A stretch of DNA of 64,000 nucleotides from Methanobacteriota archaeon (lineage in GTDB: Archaea; Thermoplasmatota; E2; DHVEG-1), in the NCBI GenBank assembly GCA_043806635.1, contig JAZDGT010000044.1, positions 36 through 64,035 of the forward strand, in the 5' to 3' direction. Every line of letters begins with the position of its first letter. Within the stretch, counting starts at the first letter, position 1. Position numbers and translations under genes: made by a program. Under the pieces are notes generated by a model. The model searched no databases. It saw only the letters and a list, made by a program, of their open reading frames with translations, and was not told where the DNA came from. This document shows, one piece after another, positions 42,201-46,897 of this stretch.

Positions 42201-45200
42201 GTAATTTTGATTCACGGTATACTGGTCGATATCTTCGCCAGCCATGGTTCGCAGTCTACCATCAAGTTCAAATATACCCGATCGAGATGTGTAGAATTTG
42301 ACTTTTCTTTTTAAGAAATTATATTTCCCATCACCATCGGTGTCGATAACTGTTTCATAGACATATGATTCATTAAACCACGCGGTTGCATTACTAGTGC
42401 CGACAAACATAAAGACAGGCTCATAAAACGTTGTATCCAGAAGATTTGGGTCTTCTACAGCGGTAAAGATTGCGGTTGAGGTCCCAAGACCTTCGAATGA
42501 AATTAATTCTTGTCGTGCATTTCTGACAGTAAAACTATCAGGGTAGATAAGGGTAAAAGTTTGGGTGAACGCAGGATTCGCATAATACGCATGCGTTTTA
42601 ACACTGTGGAACGCCATTGACTGATTAATCTGACTTTCCAAAACGTAGGTTCCATTCACGTAGAAAATAATAGGATCAGTAGAATTCGAAGCGGATCCGT
42701 TTAACCCCGAGGCTTCGATAACGACTGATTCTGAGGTAAAATCTACTCCATCAACGCTAATACTAAATGGGAATGATATGAACATACCGATTTCTGAGTA
42801 CATCATCGTATTCGATAACGCATCAGTAACATCCTCAATGACTATCGCAGCTTCTTCCGCTGAAACTACACCGTTTAGATCAGTATCAGCTATCACGCGG
42901 ACCACTTCTGCATTCCCCAGTACGGTCCGTACCATCATCAGTGTTGACATATTCCAAGAAGAAAGGTTCATATTCACGAGAATTTCATCAGGTTCAGATT
43001 CAGTTAATTCGATGTCAACAATAAATGTTTCATCTTCCGCAACAACAACATCGATAACCTGATTCACGTACCCACCAATTCCCAGGGGTGGTCCGTTCAT
43101 TCGCATCCCGATAATCTCCGCGAGGGTAACGAGGTAAAACTGACCAGGATAGGTTGAGATATTGAAACATCCTGTTGCATTGGTTCGTGGAGGCATACCT
43201 TGTTTTTGGTCAAAAGGATGCTCGGGATCGTATACCATCAACTCAATATTTGGAAGCGGTTGCGCATTACAGGTGACTGTTCCTGAAATATGTGCAGAAT
43301 AGGGCGGAATCGTTTCAAGATGGATATCACCAAGATCAATAACGTTATCTAACTCAGTGATTTCAAGTTCTGTGACATTTTGGAAATACCCGTTCTTCCA
43401 CACCCATATCTCAATCATACCCGTGATGACACCTACAGAGAAGTTTCCTTCGGAATCAGATATGCTCTGGTTTTCGAAATACTCATCACCTCGAGCGAAA
43501 ATCTGTGCGTCTTCTAGCGGTGTTGTGGTTTCATTATACACTGTCCCGATAATCGTACAGGTGATATTCCAGAGTTTACGGATACGGAACTCCTGCACCT
43601 GTTCTTCTTCCGCCCAATGATATAAATCTTGTAAGGAAAACGAATTCGTCCTCTCTTCATAACTAATTTTTTGGAGACGGATGGTAACCATGCTATTTCC
43701 ACCTTGAACCGCGGATGCATTTGGAATAACCTGAATCAGGAACTCTCCTTCATCATCGCTTAATGACCAACCAAGAACATCAAAAGGATTCCCTTGAGTT
43801 TCCACAGTAATATTCACTCCTTCGACAGCAAGATTAGGAGTCATATCTTGATAGACGACTCCGCTGAAGTTTATCATCTCGTATGATTCGCCACCTTGGA
43901 CTTCGACTGAAAAATTCTGCCATATGGTGCGGTTATCCTCGACAGCGATGTTATTAAAAGTAAACGGGTCAAACACTCCGTCTTTGCTTGCGGTAATATT
44001 GTATATTCCGCTTGTGATGTTGTGATCAAAGATGTAGAATCCTTCTCCGTTTGTTTGGACTGTTTCAAAGGTTTGATTGTTTTGTACATTGACTCTTGCA
44101 TTAGGGATGGAATCATTGGTTCCTTGTTCTTTGACGTATCCTTTGATTGTACTGTTACCGGTTTGGTTTTGACCAGGACCTGCTTGTAATGTGAAATTGA
44201 CCCACCGTGTTTGATTGTTCGCGAGATCGAAGTCTGGTTCGACTATTGGTGGGTGCCCGTCAACGTTTGCCATTGGAGTATAATGACCAACAGAAACATT
44301 GTGGTTGAAAAAATAATAACCATTTGAACTGGTGGATACTGAAAAATTCTGACTCCCAACTAATATGACTAATGCTCCTTCGATGCCGGTTTGGTTCTGA
44401 TCTTTCACGAATCCGCAGACAGTACCATTTCCACTAGGGGGTATTTCTTCTTGTTCAGTAGTGAAATTCCATATTGGACTAATTGTTGATGCACTATGAT
44501 TATCCCATGCGACGATTTTCCAGTAATATTTAGTATTGTAATCGAGAAAGATGGGATTGAAGGTGAATGCTGATTGGTTTGATACGTTCTTTGGGGGGAA
44601 TGGTGATGTTCCGAAGTAGACGTCAAAAGTGAGGGTGTCACCAGGGTCAGGGTCGGTACAATCCCAACTCAGGTTGGTATGAATAGGAACATCCATTACA
44701 CTTGGTGCCGGGTTCGGGTTTGAAGGCATATTTGGTGGATTATTCATCGGACCTGTGAAATTTGCTACAATAATTGTGTACGCAATCTCAGAATCGCCGT
44801 CTAAAGGACTCTCAGGTATCTCAGAAATATTAATGATGTCCATGTGATTCGATTGTAAGTATGCGAGATCCATGGGCATCGATGCATTCTGGGTGGGATG
44901 TGTGCTATTGATCTGGAAGCGACCCCAATACATACCATCGTTTGGAGTATTTGGGATACCGATGCTTTGATTATCAGTCACGTTTACCATAATCCATTCA
45001 CCGGTCATCTCGTTCAGCGCCTTCACAAAGTACAATCCAATGGGAGGATCGCCGGTCATATTATCAACAACGGTGACATTGACAATGACATCTGTACGAT
45101 CATTAAACTCAGTGGTTTGTATTAAATTACCATCATACAGATATGTGGTAATAAAAACGTTAGAATCGTCTGCTATGACTTGTGGTACTAGACTGACAAA

Positions 45201-45299
45201 TGATGTTATCACGAGTAATATTATCAGATAGAGTGCGATACTTTTTCTGCCTATTCTACTTATATTTCTTGTTATGTTTTGTTTTTGCATCCTCATCAC
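30288..45299 (-). CDS. Giant (5003-aa) cell-surface adhesin-like protein
   Basis: Single uninterrupted 15,012-nt ORF. N-terminal signal/anchor (IALYLIILLVITSFVSLVPQVIA). CarboxypepD_reg-like domains, an EF-hand-like loop DTDLNGVVSAEE and about 18 novel ~165-aa modules. FlgD-Ig-like, triplicated Ig-like, FN3/PAP-N-like (TITWTTSE...YHYRV) and chitobiase-C-like (YYTTDGTNPT) domains. PGF-pre-PGF-like domain and a C-terminal TM helix. Confidence 0.85.
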   Translation of the reverse strand: MMRMQKQNITRNISRIGRKSIALYLIILLVITSFVSLVPQVIADDSNVFITTYLYDGNLIQTTEFNDRTDVIVNVTVVDNMTGDPPIGLYFVKALNEMTGEWIMVNVTDNQSIGIPNTPNDGMYWGRFQINSTHPTQNASMPMDLAYLQSNHMDIINISEIPESPLDGDSEIAYTIIVANFTGPMNNPPNMPSNPNPAPSVMDVPIHTNLSWDCTDPDPGDTLTFDVYFGTSPFPPKNVSNQSAFTFNPIFLDYNTKYYWKIVAWDNHSASTISPIWNFTTEQEEIPPSGNGTVCGFVKDQNQTGIEGALVILVGSQNFSVSTSSNGYYFFNHNVSVGHYTPMANVDGHPPIVEPDFDLANNQTRWVNFTLQAGPGQNQTGNSTIKGYVKEQGTNDSIPNARVNVQNNQTFETVQTNGEGFYIFDHNITSGIYNITASKDGVFDPFTFNNIAVEDNRTIWQNFSVEVQGGESYEMINFSGVVYQDMTPNLAVEGVNITVETQGNPFDVLGWSLSDDEGEFLIQVIPNASAVQGGNSMVTIRLQKISYEERTNSFSLQDLYHWAEEEQVQEFRIRKLWNITCTIIGTVYNETTTPLEDAQIFARGDEYFENQSISDSEGNFSVGVITGMIEIWVWKNGYFQNVTELEITELDNVIDLGDIHLETIPPYSAHISGTVTCNAQPLPNIELMVYDPEHPFDQKQGMPPRTNATGCFNISTYPGQFYLVTLAEIIGMRMNGPPLGIGGYVNQVIDVVVAEDETFIVDIELTESEPDEILVNMNLSSWNMSTLMMVRTVLGNAEVVRVIADTDLNGVVSAEEAAIVIEDVTDALSNTMMYSEIGMFISFPFSISVDGVDFTSESVVIEASGLNGSASNSTDPIIFYVNGTYVLESQINQSMAFHSVKTHAYYANPAFTQTFTLIYPDSFTVRNARQELISFEGLGTSTAIFTAVEDPNLLDTTFYEPVFMFVGTSNATAWFNESYVYETVIDTDGDGKYNFLKRKVKFYTSRSGIFELDGRLRTMAGEDIDQYTVNQNYSSGSKTAEFWFEGEKIYKMHENGPYRTVIDLFFSIDGTEYWFDTINQSTSNYSYTAFDSPPIYFTGTITDYGSDTNDNGLYEYLIFDVEVDVGEADYYEFEGDVGITEGGPGVDQHIAHIQKSTTFSMTGIQTISLNVEGYQIYNKGVNSSLWFSVRVRTPQYGQLDSVEYMTDTYYYEQFELPPPENSSIRGNVTDIYGNPVSAMITLRDRNTWSENSTTTNGTGWYRIDSTAGSFEMEIWCTDPGANLDNRWEYVTLDEDEILIRDITMLPYWHMTERLDMWMENCQYAAGDPVNITIAAQGTPLPYSLCTLFIYREVNVEGFYSRIFVEEHENQTDENGYVTFSIDTSGFDNGDYIFEAALYNETQQRVCRDDRWVQINSLFLNFEIDKSRYRPGSNGTGTYSFTYAGNQSYVQDGSFEWMILYYDWMGEHTVTSGTFTSGIGHGTFTFTIPATINPAYWYDIRLIATKDDNEIRTQRSFGIATGTSIESVTDSAVGEPGNYVGLVVNVTINVTTAGTYRISGGLNDENWWWIAGDDNESYVSAGLRTLQLYFDGQQIRSNGRDPYSVWIGLYRAGEWNELDSLQYTLSQEYNYEDFMRPAVAFERQLGFTITPIGPVDNYDSLNITCAINSTTTGNYSVNGDLHYREYQQGGWWLHHPVAWANKDVEINETNVNTTIEVTLSFRGSEIYGSMQPSPWNINLNLQQRVNEWQWEWIEGWDPETEINYTYNQFTAPVAYIGQIIDNGPDPNGDLRITTQVNVSNGSVGNYEINAQLFSSQEQGHMWISQEWNQTHLENGTNNVTIIFSGESIYSAGYNGPYRVGVELRQTDPWQWLGYREEDTDAWNYTDFSQPGALFTGEHTDAGYDEDEDGFYDYLRITAPINFSETDRYEVSGELYKQVGYQREWITWSHTEFQINETGEENVTIDFSGYEIRNRGLDGEYGVTLRLRVPDQGIELGQLEFTADTYYYYTDFELPAVSFSEDSPTNESLSDDGSYLNFTLVINSSEVGQYHVEADLHKVINMGGWQQWIWLTHTGQDVTISETGTTEVVLSFDTATIQQSGYDGPYMVNFRLMDENWMMIDSIDEHETEPYDLGEFAPAPVEFTGEYYDYLSPPTNAQYVKVNISLEVNESGNYHIDGCLHKQINWNWNHLAGNGMDLYLQASNNTQNITLQFDVVEICNNIQSQGLEGVFDGGSTLDLEVWLRRSGQWQDLDHISGTSYNTYTTADFSNTAVSIGSVAHNGYSVSGGEGTPPYDFLNITVLVNFTVAGNYEVWCDLSKQAQPNWYWLGWTNEFVTITATDLIDGYEVEEIPLQFNGEQISSSEQNSPYRYHFEIQDRGSGQRVAMREAEISGYSYTDFVGSAVVFDDASIIDTAVDSDDSGEEYDYLQIDLNITSSEEKDVVISADLHKEQQGGWQWIEWTQIWETVDAGTNSVTLTFNGESIYNSGVNGPYQIRLELRDANTWSLLDTIGSYDTGSYMYTNFQQPGASMDENGITDIGNDSNSNGYYDTLDITIPVSVSTEGDYEISGDLHQDIGGWYWLGWESTGLMTLPEGTSNITLQFDGIQIRSAAVNGPYQAHIELRDDSWNQLDRVDRYMTAQYSYTEFEQAGIQIVDNDTCPFDQGIGTPGSYDYLELNITLNCSAGGAGHTYWLGADLHKESRWQWQWIDFQNIEFTAVEGEQYKILSFPGELISGSGLDGPYQIRIELRDTTTWTTQDMINRYETQGYSYTDFKEPSVFFVEDLMEDWGNDTDDADTKYNFLDLNVTINCSQAGRYWIHGNLHYQSGWMWYPISWEGEEITLDDSGEQQVKLQFSGEQIYGSGLDGPYKIRLELNNITTWMRYDVIEQYQTEDYSYTDFQSPSIEFVEDSQSPSDQGVGTAGSYTYLLVNVTMNSTTGGTYWLGADLHKRVGYNWIPITWQSQEITHTGSGDETFSILFEGSIIRNSGYDGPYELRLELRDPTTWNLLDMIDDYQTESYDNTDFQGAGIELVSMTNGAADTIVSGNLQLNITVNSSAIGTYELRSMVYKQEQYNWWYIVSSSQQITVDDSGDQQFSLTFDGEEIYNRGINGPYQIRIELWRTGTWTMIDSIDPYQTNTYSFTDFTSSQAGINETETEDYATETYLQVNVTTNSATSTQYQVSGWLCGENWEYIAWNEQTQTIQGYNQTFTLQFDGSIINNSHINPDKVYIEMRRTSDGRLIDSNATVLQGSYDYNDFSSGVEIDVSSVDSDVWDADGDLEYDTLNVTLTIDFTTEGSYAIIAGLTNQTGTWITGASTNGSYSGPTVISLVFNGLDIYAKARDGPYVVSFISVVQAGVGEIARVNNVHTTDAYAYTAFQHPDAAAHFTGTYSGYASNVDGDDEYEYLIINVAVDIGVEGDYDFYGDLYADGGDVWVDGDDASANLETGVQIIQLKFEGDAIYSSLTDGPYILGYVRVSADIDGSPLVLDSASNVFTITAYEYTDFESEPVEPLAPPENVQSISVSNDPFSPNADSYKDTTSVTVTADASQTLYLNIYNSENDIKRTGLALSGVGTTYTATWNGKDDSNTVVTDDTYRIKVSTGSYGDPSNEATETTTVVVDNTAPTGATVTINNGDSFANSTSATLTLTGTDVSNKKMRFKNSVGDWSDWEDYQTSKSWTLYAVDGVRTVYYQVKDVAGNTATAVSDTVTLDTVKPTDVSVTISGSGDTPTTHSNSVSVTLAISASDATSGLYQMMLSNDITFTGQSWETYSTSKSWTLTSGDGVKTVYLKVKDYAGLIADVVSDNITLDTTAPTSLTVSIASGQTYTNSTTVTVSVSATGAAKMRFSRNGTTYTTYETYATSKTWTLVSGDGTKTVYFQAKDTAGNTATAVTDTIILDTTAPTFSSITSTGLSQTGATITWTTSEVADSQVQYGLSTSYGSNSTLDTSDVTSHSVSLTSLTPGTTYHYRVKSRDQADNLGTSTDYTFATTSGTDTTPPNAITGLTVRDKTNAEKTLTLSWTQSSATDFSAYKIYRRTSSFTNVTASGVQLLTTITEKTTTTYDDTSATDDTTFYYAVTAIDTASPPNENKTVTSVSGMSYDDKKPATTDNIPTGWQRSAVTVTLTAVDNGKGVNKTYYTTDGTNPTNTSNQNRTQYTSPFTIGGDNDLGDDTYTIMYYSYDKNTTPNIESTHTKTLKVDTVAPITSISRSPTGTGWKNTAVTITLSATDDTSGVYKIRYTTDGSSPTNSSTQYTTPLLFSAQGNTTLKYRAKDNATNTETPNTAYIKIDTSAPTSSITALSTYSTTPFDVSWAASDTYSGVKNVTIQIKNGTGGTWTNYTTSTSSSGTLIYNGAVGSTYYFRSIAKDNVSNTETASTYDTYTTIVTSAPTVDIASPTDDDGDGWIYVKDTVTITGNATDTNFNKYWLNYSADEITWTTITSSTSAVENDTLGSWNTSALDDGNYTLNLTARNIGGVRNWITLDVTVDNTLPELSSISSGTPTASSATITWTTDEDANSTVEYGLTDSYGSTSTSSTYTTSHSRSLTSLSASTTYHYRVISYDKAGNQNTSSDDTFTTAASESPPPSGPGPEPPVTGGDTPPTISGISHTPTTITSNNYVTIYATVTDNYLVSLVTLYWNDGSNHSRAMTKGTGNDYVTEIGPFLDGITVNYWIIAQDNASQTTRSATYSFTVVDGTGPTITNLHPTAGTTTNDRTPTIQATYTDPSGIKAGSITIRVDGTNVTSSATITLAQVTYTPTIPMSYTTHTITVTVSDTYNNQATKTWTFTVQEEITKINETIENLTKGDTQFISLEHTATGIDSIEITAAGNLIDVTISVESLTELPKGILEPTANVYCYLTIETTAEEGSIETFTITFKVEQEWFTEHDIDKTNIVLMRYHNNQWEQLETTIVNEDDMYVYYKAVTTGLSTFAIAAQQPPILPTIQLPFTLIAVILGAILAIIIVIVVLFKAGFIYIDEKPKDPQKTKDDKKENTYQKPPTDLGKL
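33600..34445 (-). repeat. Three tandem ~93-aa Ig-like domain repeats inside the giant ORF
   Basis: Repeating pattern TAPT..VTI..G..(Y/F)(T/A)NST..TL.....(M)RF.....W..(W)E.Y..SK.WTL..GDG.KTVY..(V/A)KD.AGN. Confidence 0.7.
34800..42350 (-). repeat. About 18 diverged protein-level repeats of an uncharacterised ~165-aa module (interrupted once by ~270 aa of other domains)
   Basis: Each unit typically starts with an acidic loop (DTDGDGKYNFL, DTNDNGLYEYL, DEDEDGFYDYL, DSNSNGYYDTL, DADGDLEYDTL...). It continues with F.GE.I...G.(D/N)GPY and ends in Y.(Y/F)(T/N)(D/E)F. I counted 18 such terminal motifs. Boundaries located by back-translation at 42336-42350 and 34800-34817. Confidence 0.7.
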
Positions 45300-45422
45300 C
45301 GTTTATCGCATAATTTCTGGTATACTCAGAACTGAAAATATGAACGAATGAGTACATCCAATCTAATTATGCATGTTGTTATGTAGGTAATTCAAAAATA
45401 GGATAAATACTTTTCGTTTAAA

Positions 45423-45433
45423 AGAAAGATGTT
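45423..45433. repeat. Left copy of the 11-bp direct repeat AGAAAGATGTT flanking the IS (putative target-site duplication)
   Basis: Identical 11-mer at 46623-46633, immediately outside the inverted repeats. Confidence 0.65.
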
Positions 45434-45450
45434 TAGCCTGTTGAAAAATT
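45434..45450. repeat. IS left terminal inverted repeat TAGCCTGTTGAAAAATT
   Basis: 16 of 17 nt match the reverse complement of 46606-46622. Confidence 0.75.
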
Positions 45451-45632
45451 CTGAAGTCAGTTGAATTTTTCTAAACAGATGATTAAAATGTTTAATGTTT
45501 ATAGTAGATTCTGATGTTTGTAACGTCTTTCATGGTTGTAAAAACGTGTTTGTCGCTCTATTTTTCTCCAATATTAACCTGGTTATCTCTCCAAAAAGAG
45601 AAGAACAACCATCCTTTGTTGTTACGAACGTG

Positions 45633-46591
45633 TTAGGTGCACGTTCGTAGGAATGTTTTGATGCTGCGGGGTGAATATCCAAGCACGTGGTTAATGTACC
45701 CGATCAACAGCATGCCAATGCAAATCAGATAGGCGTAGAGTTGAACGGTCCCTCTCCCGTAGATCTGAAGTTTTTTGAGGTCAAGGAATTCTTTGAGCCG
45801 GGAGAAGAACCGTTCGACAGCGGTTCTTTTCCGGTAGTGTGTTCGGAACCATGGTGGGTACCTGGGTTTTATCCGGGTTTTTGCTATTTTGATAATAGGG
45901 GTGACTCTGTCTTTGAGCAACATGGTTCTGATCTTAGAGGAGTCAAAGGCTTTATCCCCAAGAAAATACCGGGTTGGAAACCGGGTGTTATAGGATTTTA
46001 CTGTGGTGTATAAGTGTTGAAACTGGGTTGAGTCGTGCGTATTCGCACGAGTGATGGTGAGTGCGACGGGTAGTTCTGCATTGGCATCTACATCAACGTG
46101 GATTTTGTATCCGTAGATGTATTGTTCGTTGATGTGGTCCCATCCCCATTCACCTTCGCTATCATCTTGGTTTCCTTCAAGGATGGAACCATCCTGTGCA
46201 ATAGTGTGAATATTCAGAAACTCCTTGTCAAGGAGTTGTTGAACAACAGCCGTGAACAGTTGTTCAAACGTTTTTACGCCGATTCGTTTGAGAAAATTGG
46301 TGAAACTTCCAATATCTGGGGGTTGTTTGAAGTTAAGTTGCCGTCTCCAAAACTGTTTTTTTCTAGGAATGCTTGGTAATCTCGGTAGGATTCCATCCTG
46401 AGGAACATCAGGATGAATGACAGGAACATCCCTGTGGGTGAGAGTGGTGGTCTACCAGGTTTACATGGTGTATATTTGTAGCTGTTTTTGAGTATATCTT
46501 CGGCTTCTGAAAGATTAATATTTGACAAAACCTTTCTGAGACTAACCCTCCTATGGTTTTTCATTTTGTGCATCCAAACAAAATGAAACAT
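45633..46591 (-). CDS. IS5-family DDE transposase encoded in two overlapping frames (OrfA 46274..46591; OrfB frame open to 45633), joined by a putative -1 frameshift
   Basis: OrfA has InsH-N-like GRPPLSPTGMFLSFILMFLRMESYRDY. My manual translation of the -1 frame gives QPPDIGSFTNFLKRIG...IAQDGSILEG...HVDVDANAELPVALTITRANTHDS...FLGDKAFDSSKIR...RTAVERFFSRLKE, with no stop from about 46394 to 45633. Confidence 0.7.
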
Positions 46592-46605
46592 GGGAGGGCT
46601 CAATT

Positions 46606-46622
46606 AATTTTTCAACAGCCTA
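46606..46622. repeat. IS right terminal inverted repeat AATTTTTCAACAGCCTA
   Basis: Reverse complement TAGGCTGTTGAAAAATT versus the left TAGCCTGTTGAAAAATT (1 mismatch). Confidence 0.75.
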
Positions 46623-46633
46623 AGAAAGATGTT
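46623..46633. repeat. Right copy of the 11-bp direct repeat AGAAAGATGTT
   Basis: Identical to 45423-45433. Confidence 0.65.
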
Positions 46634-46800
46634 GTTGTGTTTTGTCGTGAAATCTTTTTTTAGGCATTGTTTTTTTCTTAAAAGAATTGTAATCGATATA
46701 AGGATGAATTTATTTCTTTTATTCATTTTGATTTTTGTATGATGTTCTTTTGTAGAGATTCTTGTGTTAGTTTTCCATTTTGGCGTTTTTCCAACAAATC

Positions 46801-46808
46801 TTTATATA
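46801..46808 (+). promoter_or_regulatory. TATA box TTTATATA upstream of the C25 peptidase gene
   Basis: 90 nt before the ATG at 46898. The predicted transcription start near 46830 coincides with the palindrome. Confidence 0.35.
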
Positions 46809-46829
46809 ATGTCATTTGGGAACATTATA

Positions 46830-46848
46830 CATGGTAATAATTACCATG
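46830..46848. promoter_or_regulatory. Perfect 19-nt palindrome CATGGTAAT-A-ATTACCATG (candidate operator)
   Basis: All 9 arm positions verified as complementary around the centre at 46839. Located 22 nt downstream of the TATA box. Confidence 0.4.
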
Positions 46849-46897
46849 CATCATTTTGTTGCATAAGAGATGGTACCGAAAGAAAGGCGAAAAAAGA

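Larger units (their letters stand above)
45434..46622 (-). mobile_element. IS5-family-like insertion sequence (1189 bp)
   Basis: 17-bp imperfect TIRs, an 11-bp flanking direct repeat and an internal DDE transposase gene. Inserted in the divergent intergenic region between the giant ORF and the C25 peptidase gene. Confidence 0.8.

Noticed and set aside
34800-42350. CRISPR array or DNA-level tandem repeat within the giant gene
   Set aside because: The periodicity is ~500 nt and visible only at protein level. There are no short identical direct repeats with unique spacers, and the region is one open reading frame.
30751-45231. Dozens of 60-125-aa ORFs in other frames or on the opposite strand inside the giant gene (for example 34947..35318, 40761..41051, 43357..43620)
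   Set aside because: All are fully nested in a continuous 15-kb ORF with clear domain content. Their translations are low-complexity or mirror images of the coding frame, and there is no independent start or promoter evidence.
45624-45648. Perfect 9-bp hairpin ACGAACGTG-N7-CACGTTCGT as a transcription terminator
   Set aside because: No adjacent T-tract on either strand, and it overlaps the transposase stop codon. Noted within the IS finding only.
45633-46603. Calling the transposase a dead, fragmented pseudogene (two ORF-track pieces, 45633..45923 and 46274..46603)
   Set aside because: Manual translation shows the DDE frame is open across the whole gap. The lack of an internal ATG is what split the track. 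The two frames meet at an A_AAA_AAC heptamer, and the intact TIRs and flanking repeat argue for a functional IS. A simple indel cannot be fully excluded.
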